DNA from: a virus | Virus record (IMG/VR): IMGVR_UViG_3300050821_002963 | Span: 1 to 64,000 of that record | Length of the DNA stretch: 64,000 bases | Strand: one strand, 5' to 3' | Shown: positions 9,931-20,938 of the stretch, piece after piece | Layout of the letters: each line of letters starts with the position of its first letter | Numbering within the stretch: position 1 is the stretch's first letter | The notes under the pieces: model-generated | What the model saw: the letters and a program-made list of their open reading frames with translations, nothing else | The model's database searches: none | Told to the model about the DNA's origin: nothing | Translations under genes and position numbers: made by a program

Positions 9931-9956
9931 GGTGGGGCCTCTTCGGGGGCCCCATT
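9931..9956 (+). terminator. UUCG-tetraloop hairpin after the tail tube gene
   Basis: GGTGGGGCCTC-TTCG-GGGGCCCCATT. Confidence 0.6.
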
Positions 9957-9979
9957 CAGACCTTAGAATGGGGGAAGTT

Positions 9980-10660
9980 ATGGAAGACGAGAAAGTGGCT
10001 GTGGAAGAAACTGCTGTTGCGGAACAAACTCCAGAAGAGCTGGAGCTGGCAAGAGAATTAGAGCTTAGAGAAACCCTCCAAAAAGAGTACGACCTTCGCT
10101 TCGAAACTGAAATCAATAAAATCTCTGCTCAGATTAGACAAGAAAACGAAAAAGTAGTCAAGGATGCTATCGAAAGATACCGCAAGGAACTAGCTCCGCC
10201 TACAGAAGAAGACATGCAGAAACTTCTGACTCAGGAGTATGTTGAGTTCAAGGTGGATGTAAAGACCAAGGATGCTAAGGGCGAGACGGTTATCAAGAAT
10301 TTTGTTATCTCCGAGCTGTCGCAAAAAGTAGAAAAGAAAATCTACAAGAAAATCAAGGACATCTTGATTCCTTTCAGCACGGAATTGACGGCGCTATCCA
10401 TGAACTTGATGGAAGGGGATGCGGCTAAGAAGATTGTTCAGGTTATGAATACGTTTGAGCCTGTGTTGGATGTGATGTCTGGAATTGCGGCGATAGCCTT
10501 GAATCCCTACGGAGAAGATGAGGACGTCACAGAAGACTGGGTAATGGGTCATCTTAGCTCTACGAGAATAGCAAAGATAGTAATGGCCCAGATTGAAGCA
10601 AATAGGATGCGGGATTTTTTCTCGCTTCTCTTCCGCGGTTCGAAAGCCCTGACGAATTAG
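9980..10660 (+). CDS. Tail assembly chaperone (gpG-like)
   Basis: Between tail tube and tape measure; slippery site near its 3' end. Confidence 0.8.
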   Translation: MEDEKVAVEETAVAEQTPEELELARELELRETLQKEYDLRFETEINKISAQIRQENEKVVKDAIERYRKELAPPTEEDMQKLLTQEYVEFKVDVKTKDAKGETVIKNFVISELSQKVEKKIYKKIKDILIPFSTELTALSMNLMEGDAAKKIVQVMNTFEPVLDVMSGIAAIALNPYGEDEDVTEDWVMGHLSSTRIAKIVMAQIEANRMRDFFSLLFRGSKALTN

Positions 10661-11016
10661 GGCACTCTGCTTATCCTGCTGCCGCGGCACTGGCAGCTCA
10701 GATAGAGATGTTCGGATTGTCGAAGAGAGAATTAGAAGAGAAGTTCAAAAAATCTGAGCTAGTGATTCTCGCGTGGCGCTCACAAGAGATGTCACACAAT
10801 CTGTCTGAGAAGACGAAAGATATGGGACAGGGCCAAGGACAGAGAACAAGTAAGGGTAAAAGAAGAGTACAAGACCCATCCATCCCAGAAGGACTGCCGG
10901 ATAAATTCTTTGATGAAAACGGAGAGGTAAATCTTAGCAAGGTTAGTGGAGAAGAGGCGTGGCGATACCTTAGTATGCAAGGCATAAGGTTGCCAGTGAT
11001 TGGTAGAGGTCGCTAG
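10615..11016 (+). CDS. -1 frameshift extension of the tail chaperone (gpGT-like)
   Basis: Slippery heptamer T TTT TTC at 10615-10621; the -1 frame is open from 10606 to the stop at 11016. Confidence 0.8.
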   Translation, partial: FFLASLPRFESPDELGHSAYPAAAALAAQIEMFGLSKRELEEKFKKSELVILAWRSQEMSHNLSEKTKDMGQGQGQRTSKGKRRVQDPSIPEGLPDKFFDENGEVNLSKVSGEEAWRYLSMQGIRLPVIGRGR

Positions 11017-11027
11017 GGAGGCCGGCG

Positions 11028-14000
11028 ATGGCTGGTCCAACAGTAAAAGAGATTCTCTTAAAATTTGGTATTGATAACAGCAATTGGAAGAAGGCAATTC
11101 AAGATTTAGCGAACCTTCTTGATCAGACCAACAAGAACGCTGCCAAGCAAGCAGCAACTGCTCAGAAAAACCTAGACGCTCAAAAAGCGAAAATACAACA
11201 GATTCATGATGCTCAGAAGGCTGCAGCTGCGGTAATTGATAAGCAGGTGGCTCAGCAGGAACTTCTGATTTCCAAGCAGAAGGCTCAGAAAGCTATTGCG
11301 GATGCGAGACTGGCTTCTGAGAAGGCCAATGCAGCACAGGTAAAAAACCAGGTCTTAGCACAGCAAGCCCTACAAGCAGTACAAAGAACAGCGCAAACAC
11401 AGATAGCAACACAGTTGGCTCAGCAGAGACTGATAACGGCCCAGATTAATGCCCAAACGGCTGGATTGAGACAACAAGCAGCGGCGCAAAGAGCGGCTCA
11501 GCCTAGACGAGGTGGTGGGGGCGGTGGTGGTGGAAGAGAGGGAGGCGGTGGTGGATTCCTTGGTAGAATAGCTGGTGGGTTATTTGGTGGTGGTCCTTTC
11601 GGAATGATTGCTGGTGCGGTGGCATCGGCGGAAGGTTTCGAACATGCTTTGGAAATGGCTTTGGAGAAACTAAAGGAGTTCTCCAAGGAAGTAGGGCCAC
11701 TTCAGCAGGTTCGGGAACAGTTTGAGAAGTTAGCGGCTTCCAGAGGTATCTCGGCTCCGGCTAAGTTTATAGAAGAACTGAGAGGAGCCACTCACGGGTT
11801 GGTTAACGATATGCAGTTGTATCGGAACGCCAACACGTTCATGCAGTCTAGTATTCATGCCTCCAACGAAGATATAATTTCGCTGACAAAAGCTACGGTT
11901 GGTTTGGCACGTGCTCAGGGTAGAGACGCGACAGAGGCGGTTCAGCATTTGCAGCGTTTCTTTCTGACTGGTCGGGCTATGACTTTAGCGTATGCCACTG
12001 GTATCCAGATGGCGAACTTGCGCGTAGGGCAGCTTGGTCATGGCACAGATACGACTATAAGAACGCAGATACAGTTTAAGCAGGCTCTGGAAGCGGTCAC
12101 AGAGCAATATAAGATGATTGGTGAGCCTGCGGAGACCTATACTGAGAAACTGGAAAAGGTTGGAGTCGCGGCCTACAGAGTTTTGGAAGAGTTCATGTTG
12201 GGGTTGGAGAACTCTGCCGGGTTCAAGGCCTTTTTGGAGCAGTTGGATGAGATTGCGACACAGCTGGGAATGTTCTCTGAAAAGGCAGCCGGATTTGGGG
12301 AGAAGTTTGGAGACATTTTTGCTGGGGCTGGTATTGCTCTGGAAGGGCTAGCCGGTGCCTTTACTCTTATTAGGCCACTACTGGAAGGTGTTGTTAATCT
12401 AGTAGACGAACTGGCCAGAGAATTTACAGCACTGTCAGTAAGCTCAGATGATACAGCCGGAAGTTTTGACAAGATAAATAATGCTGCCCACCCCTGGCTG
12501 TCTTTCTTCACAAAGCTGACAGCTGGCATAGAGATAGTCATAGCCGGATTTACAGAGATGTCAGATGTTATTCTGACCGTTCTTGCTAGTATTGGTTCCG
12601 GCGTTATCAAATTTTTCCACGACATGTCCTCTTGGAAGACGATAGGTGAGCTGTGGAAGCCGAACAAGGGAGTACAAGAGGAGTGGGATAAGTTCTTTGA
12701 GCGCGAGAAGAAAAGAGCAAAGGACTTAGAGGACTCAGTTGGTAGTCTGTACGATAAGCTGAATGATGTTGGCAGACTAAAGCCGGGTGACTATAAGATT
12801 AAGTTCTCAGCTCCGACAGAGTTGTTCACAGATCAGCAGAGAATAGACGCGGAAAAGAAATACGCCAAGATTAAAGAGCAGTTGGTGATTGAGACATCCA
12901 AGACTGAGTTGGAGTACACCAAGCTCCGCATAGCAGACGAGCAAGAAATAATCAAGCAGCAGTATGAAAAAGGCTTGATAGCTCATGCTGACTACATAGA
13001 TAAAAAGAAGGCACTGGATAAGCAAGAGATACAAGCCAGGATAAAAGATGAGAACGCTGAGTACGCTGCTAGGGCAGAGGCTTTACAGGCAGAGGTACAT
13101 CAGCAAAAGGAACTGGCTTATCAGAAACAGATTGATGCGGCCCTGGATAAGCAACTTCGCTTGGCGGATTTGGATTCAAAGAGGGTGGAAGCGCAGGCAA
13201 GAATTAATTCTGCGAAAGATCTTTCTCCGGGTCAGAAGGCCGTAAAAACAGTAGAGTTGGGGGACCAATATAAGGGTCTGCAACAGCTGGTAAACAATTC
13301 TTACAGTGCGGCTATTCGGGTTTCCAGCGCAGAGATAGCGGAGATTCAGGCCAAGGAGAAGGTCGAGGCTCAGAAGCATCAGTTGGATTTGGCCAAGATT
13401 GCCAACGAAGGGGCTGGGAAAGAACGGGCTAGTAACGAAGAGTTAATAAAAGACATCCTCGACGCCAGAAAGAAACTGACGGATGAGCTCGAGAAGATGG
13501 AGAAGAGTCGGATTGACAGGGAACGAGCTGTCACAGAGAAGCAGTTTGCAGACCAAGCCATCTCTGCTCAGGAGTACCTGCAAAAGAAAGAAAGCTATAT
13601 CGAGCAGGATTACGATGCGGTAGTAAAAGGAGCCAAGGCCCAGTTGGATGTAGAGAAGAACTCTGTAACTGGCCAGGCGGCATACGCACAGAAGTTGGTG
13701 GAAGCGGCTGAGACGAGAGAAAAAGCTCTTACAGCTTTGATGGACAGTGAATGGGATATACGAACGAAAGCGGCCAAGGAGGCGGTAGACAGGATTACTT
13801 CTGTACTGGAAGCCCAACTTTCGATAGAGCAGGAAGTAGCTAAGTCGAGCCCATTCTCTAATCGGACCAATCAGGTACAGATTATCAATTCTCTGGTAGC
13901 TGCTGAGAAAGCTCATCTAGAGATTCTGAAACAGCAAACGGCTCAGTTGGCTTCACAACCAAAACTGCAAGCAGAGAATCAGGCAGAGATAGCGAAGACG

Positions 14001-17000
14001 CAGCAGAAGCTGATAAAGTACGAAGAAGAACTGATAAAGACAAGGGATTACAGTAAGGACTTAGCAGACGAGGCCAGAAACATGGCTACGGCCGCTTCGC
14101 TCTTTCCAAAGGGTGGAAAGACGGCTGCGGGTCTGGAAAAGTATGCTCAGATAACGGAGACTCTGGGCAAGTTGAATCAGGATTTCCTCAATAGCGTTAA
14201 TGCCAATCGCGGTGGCAGACAGGTACCAAAGACACCAGAAGAAATCTATGCAGCTTTGAAGTCGGAATCAGACAAAGCTGCGGGCGGTTTGAGAGAGTTG
14301 ACGGATTCTGCATCAGCCGCAACGCAGGCGGCGGTAGATACTGTCCACGAAAAACTAGCGGTACTTTTCCCAGCGCAAGTGGATGTGGCCATCCGGGCTT
14401 TGAGTGAGTTTGCAGATGCGTTGGGCAAAGCGACACCAAAGGAAGGCGAAGGAACTTTCTTTGATAAGATGACGTCTAGGTCAGGTGTAAATTCCTTAGA
14501 CGTCTTAGGTGGCAGGGCTGGTGGCGGTAGTATTCTCGAGACAGGGCCATATACGATGCATGCTGGCGAGTACGTATTACCTACCAGCATGGCTTCGGTA
14601 TTCAATTCCTTTATCAAAGCTCTGGGTGACTTCACGAAGTTTCTTGAACCGAAGTTAGCTGCGATAAAGCCGGGAGTGTCTTCGACACCAGTTCGGGCAG
14701 TCGAGCCAGTTAGTCACCCTGAACCACCAACGAATGTTTTTAAAGAATTTCTACTGTCTCTGGAAAACTTCGGCCGGGCACTACTCGGCAAGAAGCCTAT
14801 TCAGCCAAAGTCGATAACGGGCACGTCCGGGGTTAAGCCGCTAGGTAAAACGCCTACGAAACCTAAGATTGGGCAGCCAGGTGTTGCCCAGCCTGGAAAA
14901 ACGACTCTGAAATCTTTGGCGCCGGTAAAGCCAAAGCAAGATACGACAGCCTTAGAGCAAAATCTAAAAACGCTGACTGACGCTATTAACAAGCTAACAG
15001 ACCAGATTACTGGGTCTAGCAGTAAGTCAACGACTCCGCCAGCAAGTTCACCAGCTACCAGTGCACAACAGCCTTCGCTAGGTCAGCTACTAAAGCCAGC
15101 TACAAGTGCTGGTAGTGTTGGGGTATCTGGTCTGCCTACGCCAACGTCCCCACAAGGAGTAATGACTGATTCAGATAAGCAGGATTTGGATGCGAATCTG
15201 AATGCAAATACCACCAGCGGTTTGGGGAACTCTCAGGGTACTTCGGATTCTTTGATGGCGTTGGCTCAGTCGGCCCAGGCTGCGGCTCAGGCTTTGACTG
15301 GTGTAGCTGATTCGGGGGCAGCGAAAACATCTCAGGATGCGGCAGGAGGTGGTGACGGTCAAGGAGCAGATGATGGTGGAGGTGGGGGTGGAAGTGCGGC
15401 TAGTCAACTTGGCACTTTAAGTAAGGGCATTACCTCGATGATGGGTATGGTCGGCGGGGTCATGCAGACCTTTAAGACCACGGGAGCCTTTCAGGGGGCG
15501 ATGGCTGGCGCTGCTTCCTTTGGACAAATCGGGTCTATGGTTGGTGGGCCGATTGGCGGGGCAGTTGGTGCTGTAGTTGGCGGAATAGCTGGTGCTATTT
15601 CCGGGGCCATGAGGGCGGCTACCGAAAGAATGGCGGAGCGGTTGGTAGCAGCTTTCAATGCTGTAATTCAAGAAGTACAGTCTGGGAACCAAACTCTCGG
15701 AGCTGGTATTGCTCTATCTATTCAACAGATTCAAACAACAGTAACTTCTCTGTCCGGGAAAAAGGGTGGAAGAGATGACCTGAAGCAGATACTGCCCAAT
15801 ATGGAGCAGCAGCTGGCTCAGTTGCAGGCTCAACAGAAGGCAGTACTGCAAAGCATGGACCAGCAGGTGACTGCGTTGAATGCTCCCTTGGCCTATCAGG
15901 GGCAGTTGGGTTCTATCCAGACAATTATCACAGCGTACCAGCAGTATATTCAGGCTGGTGGTAATGTGGTTACGGCGAATCAGTATCTGCAAGACTCTTT
16001 CCAGAATTTGGTCACGCAGGGAATGCAGCAGCTGAATCAGGACGAACAGGACGCGGTCAATAACGCTCTGAATTACAACAATCTGTTGCTACAGAGGCAG
16101 ACGTTGATTCAGAACACGAACTCGGAAATTCAGCAAATCATGTCTCAGGGTGTGGCGGTGAGGCAGGTTCCTGAAGGAGTCTCCAAGGCTATCCAGATTC
16201 AGCAGTTGATGCTGAATAGCTCACAGCAGATGGACCAGCTGAACCAGCAGATTTCTGTATCTCAGTACCAGCTGACAGTACAACAAAAGATTTTCGGTTT
16301 GGCAACAACCAGAATTGGTCTGGAAAACCAGTTGGTGATTCTGCAGAACGAGCAGACGAATTACAGCATGCAGCAGATAGAAGCTTTGGGTAACGTGGTT
16401 GGGGCTTTTTCTACTAAGCTACCGACTTCGATGCAGGGGGCAGAGCAAGAACTTGGCTTCGGTGGGGCCTTTGTAAACCCGAGTACGGAGCCTGGATTAA
16501 AGCCAGTGCCTCCGGTGAAGACAGGAATTGCTCAGATTGACTTGCAGAACCAGTTGCAGTATCAGCAAGCCTTAGCGGCGTGGCAGTTGTCTCAGAATTT
16601 CCCGATTGGGTATATTCCAACAAGCGGAAATGTTGGCACGACTCCGGTTCCGACTACGATTGGTAATCCTTCCGTATATTCGGGTAGTGGGGGACCAGCC
16701 AATGAAACCTGGCTCACGCCAGGGTCTACCAGCATTCTAGGGACGGCAACAGGCGCTGCCACATCGTTTAATACGGCTCTTTCTGCTGCCAACGCCCTAC
16801 CATCCAGTGTGATGGGTTCGTTGGGTACATCGGGCCTAACGGTAAATGGTGCTCAAGTAGATACGATAGGGACTTCTAGCGGTACGGCTCTATTAGTTGC
16901 GCCGGAGACTTCCACTAGTCCGTTGCAGACGGTGCCTATCATCACCGGTCCGGGCACGATGCAGGGGACAGGCATAGTCGGAACGGCGGCTGGTGTAGCA

Positions 17001-18008
17001 GGGGCAACGAACACTCTGTTTAACTCTCTAAGCGGGGCAAGCACACAGCTGATTAAGGCAACAGCAGGGCCAGCACCACCAGTAGCTCCAGTTTCTGTAC
17101 CAAAATCAGATTTACAATCGACCTCAGAACAACCAGCAGCGGTAAATGTTATGGGAATGCAGATTCCCGGTGGCATGACACAGACACAATTTACGCAATG
17201 GTACCTGAAAAATAATGGCGATCCCTTTGATTTAGGTGGGGCATTTAAAGCTTATTCCACAGCAAGTCCGGCGCCTACGGCGTCTAATGTAAACCAGAAT
17301 ACTAGTTCTACAGCAGCAGTACAGCTAGCTACGACTGCTACTACAGCTCCTGCTTCTACACAGAAAGCAAACGTAGTCTCGACTCCGGCTGGTTTGGCTT
17401 TGCTGGTATCAACAGTTACGGAGGCAATGAATGGAGTAGCGGCTTCGGCAACCGGTACGTCAGTTACGAAGCCACCAGTTTCGGGTGCGGTGGGGACTAC
17501 GGGTCTACCAGCACTTCCGGCTCCTGTTGCCAGTATGGTTGGGACTATGGCCAACCTGTTTAGCACTATGGTTGGGGTGAGAACAGGGAAAACGCAGCTT
17601 TATAGTCCCCCGAGTACGACACCAGTTTACAGTTCGGTTACGCCAACGTCTCCGTTGCAGACTCCGACAGCACAAGTGTCGTCACCAGTAGTTTCACAGG
17701 TGGTGGCACAGCAGTCGGTGGCGACAAATGCTCTGGTGACAACATCTTTGCAGAGAGTGAATGCGGAGACACAGATAAGCCAGTTGTCGAATGTTAGGGT
17801 GGCCTCAGAGACAGCTTTGGTTAATATGAAGATGACAGAGATTCAGGCGGATATGCAGAGAGTACAGATGCATAACGACTTGTTGACAAGAGTACAGACA
17901 TGGGGTAGTACTTCGACTTCGCTGGAAACCATGTTGCAGCAGGTGTACGATAATAGAGGTCGGCAAGGATTTGGGAAATTCTATGGGGAGATTTCGAATC
18001 CAACGTAA
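11028..18008 (+). CDS. Tape measure protein
   Basis: 2326 aa, Ala/Gln-rich coiled coils, Gly-rich hydrophobic stretches, MHAGEYVLP motif; follows the chaperone. Confidence 0.9.
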   Translation: MAGPTVKEILLKFGIDNSNWKKAIQDLANLLDQTNKNAAKQAATAQKNLDAQKAKIQQIHDAQKAAAAVIDKQVAQQELLISKQKAQKAIADARLASEKANAAQVKNQVLAQQALQAVQRTAQTQIATQLAQQRLITAQINAQTAGLRQQAAAQRAAQPRRGGGGGGGGREGGGGGFLGRIAGGLFGGGPFGMIAGAVASAEGFEHALEMALEKLKEFSKEVGPLQQVREQFEKLAASRGISAPAKFIEELRGATHGLVNDMQLYRNANTFMQSSIHASNEDIISLTKATVGLARAQGRDATEAVQHLQRFFLTGRAMTLAYATGIQMANLRVGQLGHGTDTTIRTQIQFKQALEAVTEQYKMIGEPAETYTEKLEKVGVAAYRVLEEFMLGLENSAGFKAFLEQLDEIATQLGMFSEKAAGFGEKFGDIFAGAGIALEGLAGAFTLIRPLLEGVVNLVDELAREFTALSVSSDDTAGSFDKINNAAHPWLSFFTKLTAGIEIVIAGFTEMSDVILTVLASIGSGVIKFFHDMSSWKTIGELWKPNKGVQEEWDKFFEREKKRAKDLEDSVGSLYDKLNDVGRLKPGDYKIKFSAPTELFTDQQRIDAEKKYAKIKEQLVIETSKTELEYTKLRIADEQEIIKQQYEKGLIAHADYIDKKKALDKQEIQARIKDENAEYAARAEALQAEVHQQKELAYQKQIDAALDKQLRLADLDSKRVEAQARINSAKDLSPGQKAVKTVELGDQYKGLQQLVNNSYSAAIRVSSAEIAEIQAKEKVEAQKHQLDLAKIANEGAGKERASNEELIKDILDARKKLTDELEKMEKSRIDRERAVTEKQFADQAISAQEYLQKKESYIEQDYDAVVKGAKAQLDVEKNSVTGQAAYAQKLVEAAETREKALTALMDSEWDIRTKAAKEAVDRITSVLEAQLSIEQEVAKSSPFSNRTNQVQIINSLVAAEKAHLEILKQQTAQLASQPKLQAENQAEIAKTQQKLIKYEEELIKTRDYSKDLADEARNMATAASLFPKGGKTAAGLEKYAQITETLGKLNQDFLNSVNANRGGRQVPKTPEEIYAALKSESDKAAGGLRELTDSASAATQAAVDTVHEKLAVLFPAQVDVAIRALSEFADALGKATPKEGEGTFFDKMTSRSGVNSLDVLGGRAGGGSILETGPYTMHAGEYVLPTSMASVFNSFIKALGDFTKFLEPKLAAIKPGVSSTPVRAVEPVSHPEPPTNVFKEFLLSLENFGRALLGKKPIQPKSITGTSGVKPLGKTPTKPKIGQPGVAQPGKTTLKSLAPVKPKQDTTALEQNLKTLTDAINKLTDQITGSSSKSTTPPASSPATSAQQPSLGQLLKPATSAGSVGVSGLPTPTSPQGVMTDSDKQDLDANLNANTTSGLGNSQGTSDSLMALAQSAQAAAQALTGVADSGAAKTSQDAAGGGDGQGADDGGGGGGSAASQLGTLSKGITSMMGMVGGVMQTFKTTGAFQGAMAGAASFGQIGSMVGGPIGGAVGAVVGGIAGAISGAMRAATERMAERLVAAFNAVIQEVQSGNQTLGAGIALSIQQIQTTVTSLSGKKGGRDDLKQILPNMEQQLAQLQAQQKAVLQSMDQQVTALNAPLAYQGQLGSIQTIITAYQQYIQAGGNVVTANQYLQDSFQNLVTQGMQQLNQDEQDAVNNALNYNNLLLQRQTLIQNTNSEIQQIMSQGVAVRQVPEGVSKAIQIQQLMLNSSQQMDQLNQQISVSQYQLTVQQKIFGLATTRIGLENQLVILQNEQTNYSMQQIEALGNVVGAFSTKLPTSMQGAEQELGFGGAFVNPSTEPGLKPVPPVKTGIAQIDLQNQLQYQQALAAWQLSQNFPIGYIPTSGNVGTTPVPTTIGNPSVYSGSGGPANETWLTPGSTSILGTATGAATSFNTALSAANALPSSVMGSLGTSGLTVNGAQVDTIGTSSGTALLVAPETSTSPLQTVPIITGPGTMQGTGIVGTAAGVAGATNTLFNSLSGASTQLIKATAGPAPPVAPVSVPKSDLQSTSEQPAAVNVMGMQIPGGMTQTQFTQWYLKNNGDPFDLGGAFKAYSTASPAPTASNVNQNTSSTAAVQLATTATTAPASTQKANVVSTPAGLALLVSTVTEAMNGVAASATGTSVTKPPVSGAVGTTGLPALPAPVASMVGTMANLFSTMVGVRTGKTQLYSPPSTTPVYSSVTPTSPLQTPTAQVSSPVVSQVVAQQSVATNALVTTSLQRVNAETQISQLSNVRVASETALVNMKMTEIQADMQRVQMHNDLLTRVQTWGSTSTSLETMLQQVYDNRGRQGFGKFYGEISNPT

Positions 18009-20938
18009 TGTTGAAGCTGCTGATTAATAACGGGCGTGGGCCGGTAGATTACACACGGTATGTAATCGCTTCTTCTATCAACATCGAAGATTCTATAAAT
18101 ACCCCTACGCTTATTTCGTTCACTTTGGTTAATGCGGACGCGGCTTTTCAGGTGCCCCTCCGGTCTGCTTACGTGTCTCTGATTAGCACAACGTCTCCGT
18201 TATCGGTGACAGGCGCATACATATCTACTGGGTACATTACGAATACGATTCAAAGAAAGTTTTTGGGGGGAAGTCAAAGAGCTGGTTTGGTCCAGAGATT
18301 CCAGCATTATGAATATGACGTGAAGGTTACTTCAGATGAGTATCTACTGAATTGCAAAGCGGTGCCTTTCGTGGCAGCCTATATCAATCAGACGATGGGG
18401 CAGATTTTAAGTAGTTTGGCAAATACGTTGGCACCGGGTTTTTTCGACCTGGCTGGTATTCAGGATGGAGACTTGATTCCTTATTTTGCTTACGACCCAG
18501 CTAGTAAATGGTCGGATGTGGCAAAGCAGTTCGCGGATCAGGCTCAGTTTAGATACAACGCAGTTGGTAAGAAGATTACCTTTGCTCCATATGGTGACGC
18601 TCCTTTGGGAGTTATCTACGATGAGGTAAATCAGCTGCCTGGTCAATTCGTTCCTTCGTCCTTGAATACGGGAGTACTGTCGGTCCCTTTGGTGAATGAT
18701 TGTCTGGTAGTGGGAGAAATAGAACCGCAGCAGATGCGGGATGACTATTTCGTGGGAGATGGGTTCACCGGAAGCTTCTCATTGAAGTACAAGATGTTCC
18801 ACGGCTCTGCAGATATTCTCTTACAGGATGATTGGACAGAGAATCAGCTGAATACATCTCAGTGGACGATGAGAGATTTGCAGAATCAGTTTGTGCTGGC
18901 TGGGGCTTTGAATTCGATTTCTCCTATCGTCGGTGGCAATCCGGTAGCACCAGCAATTCTCGGTACTGAATATATTTTGTCAAACAGCGGAGTTGAGCTA
19001 GGTGGGCATACAATTCTCCAGCATGGAGAAGTCCAGTTCAACGATGTGTCGATTGGAATTATCGGCGGGCTGTATGCTACGTCTGCGAACATGTCAATGT
19101 CTGGTTGCTTGGCTGGGTTTGATATAAGGACGGCACCGAATACGGTAGTGACGGTGACCCCATCGGGAGCAAACGGAGTTCAGATGTGTCCGATTCTCTC
19201 TGGAGCTTTGGTGGGGACTCCGGTAGTATCGAAGCAGAATCATCATTACGTATTGGAGACATACGTAACGGCAAGAAGATGGTCGAGGTATAATCAGATT
19301 TATAGGACCTTGGCTGGGACGGTTTTCGGTGATGATATGCTTCCGGCTTTGGCTGAAGTTACGTATGTAATCACGGATATTGATTTGGCGCAGGCTTACA
19401 ACGTGGCTTCTTTGAATAATCCATTTATCCCTTCGTACACTCCGACTCTGACTAGATACACAGCTAGCGGAGTTAATCTGCCTAGTTTTGCTGCGTACGC
19501 GATTTTCAACTCGGTAGCTCTGAACGTTACTTTGGACTACACGTTGATATGGGATGCACCGACGGCTCTGTTGCAAGTGGCTGGGCTCACCGGAGCCAGG
19601 CCTATAAATGCGCTAGCTCTGACTGGTGGACAGCTGCCTCTGTTTGACCCTAATGACAACTTGGCAATGCCAGATACGACTCCGATTGGTCCGTTGGTGA
19701 ACTATCCACTGGGATTTGGCATGGACCAAGATATTACTGCCACGATTGCCCAGAATGGGGATACAGACCAGTTGCAGTTTTATTCCAACACGATTCCAGG
19801 TGTTGGAGCGAGAGTAAGATTCCAAGCTTGGCAGGCAGGTCACGCATTGGCTAGAGTAAGAGACCCTGTCTCTGTATCCGGGGAAGCCGCTATAGTAGGA
19901 GACGACGGCGTTCGTTCGGCAATCATTACAGATATGCAGCCAATGCCAAGAACAAGCGATGAATGTGATTTGGCCGCAGCAGCTTACATCCAAGACAGAG
20001 AAATAACTCAGTTCGATGGAAATTATACGGTACAGAGTTATTTTTGGGATAGGACAAAAGATTACCCAAGAAGCGGAAGATTTCTATATGTAACGGCTCT
20101 ACAGAGAAGTATCAGTGGGGAGAATTTCCTGGTTCGGTCGGTGACCACGACAGTGCTGGAAATGTTCCAGGAAGTATTGCAGTTCGATATTTCCTTCGGG
20201 CAGGACTTGTATTTGGACAAGCTGCTGAGACGGTTCGTGGATAATCCTCAGAATATTCTTGAGCCGGCGGATACGGCTGTGCCAGTAGACTTGCAGAACT
20301 TGCCCCCACCGGAAGAAGAAGGGCAGTTTACGACTTTTCTGGATAACTTGCAAAACTCGAAAGTAAGCTTTGCCAATGGTACGAGAATTATGGTGGACTT
20401 GGGAGCACCACCTGTTACAGGTGTAGAGGTGAGAAGGTCGGATACCTCTTGGACCTTTAAGACACCGAATCTGTTGACGGTGGCCACGACGCAGAAATTC
20501 CCATTGCCTCGATTGAGTTACGATGATATTTGGTACATGCGACTGGTGAATGGTAGTCAGACGTCTAGATTTACCAGAGTATTTAGAGTGAACTATCCAT
20601 TGGTGCCAACTCCCCCTTCTTCGGTAACCGTGCAACTTGGCTCGGGTCCGGGGTCTACACAAGCGACCTCAGCTTTTCCTTTGGTTACAGTGGCTCTACC
20701 GACGAACTTCGATAAGAATATCTACGGCATGCAGATTGACCGTGGGCCATTATTTCTTGGTGGGGCTACGCATGTGACTATAGTGTCTGACCAGCCTGGA
20801 GATACTCGTATGGTATCTCTGTATGGTTACGATTCTTTCGACGACGCTATTACAGAAGTTTTGACTTTGAATGGGACTAGCCCTGTGACCTCTGTGAATC
20901 TTTACACGTCTATGGGTTGGATAAACGTGGAAGATTAA
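18008..20938 (+). CDS. Large tail tip / hub protein
   Basis: Directly after the tape measure; beta-rich; FN3-like C-terminal part. Confidence 0.7.
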   Translation: MLKLLINNGRGPVDYTRYVIASSINIEDSINTPTLISFTLVNADAAFQVPLRSAYVSLISTTSPLSVTGAYISTGYITNTIQRKFLGGSQRAGLVQRFQHYEYDVKVTSDEYLLNCKAVPFVAAYINQTMGQILSSLANTLAPGFFDLAGIQDGDLIPYFAYDPASKWSDVAKQFADQAQFRYNAVGKKITFAPYGDAPLGVIYDEVNQLPGQFVPSSLNTGVLSVPLVNDCLVVGEIEPQQMRDDYFVGDGFTGSFSLKYKMFHGSADILLQDDWTENQLNTSQWTMRDLQNQFVLAGALNSISPIVGGNPVAPAILGTEYILSNSGVELGGHTILQHGEVQFNDVSIGIIGGLYATSANMSMSGCLAGFDIRTAPNTVVTVTPSGANGVQMCPILSGALVGTPVVSKQNHHYVLETYVTARRWSRYNQIYRTLAGTVFGDDMLPALAEVTYVITDIDLAQAYNVASLNNPFIPSYTPTLTRYTASGVNLPSFAAYAIFNSVALNVTLDYTLIWDAPTALLQVAGLTGARPINALALTGGQLPLFDPNDNLAMPDTTPIGPLVNYPLGFGMDQDITATIAQNGDTDQLQFYSNTIPGVGARVRFQAWQAGHALARVRDPVSVSGEAAIVGDDGVRSAIITDMQPMPRTSDECDLAAAAYIQDREITQFDGNYTVQSYFWDRTKDYPRSGRFLYVTALQRSISGENFLVRSVTTTVLEMFQEVLQFDISFGQDLYLDKLLRRFVDNPQNILEPADTAVPVDLQNLPPPEEEGQFTTFLDNLQNSKVSFANGTRIMVDLGAPPVTGVEVRRSDTSWTFKTPNLLTVATTQKFPLPRLSYDDIWYMRLVNGSQTSRFTRVFRVNYPLVPTPPSSVTVQLGSGPGSTQATSAFPLVTVALPTNFDKNIYGMQIDRGPLFLGGATHVTIVSDQPGDTRMVSLYGYDSFDDAITEVLTLNGTSPVTSVNLYTSMGWINVED

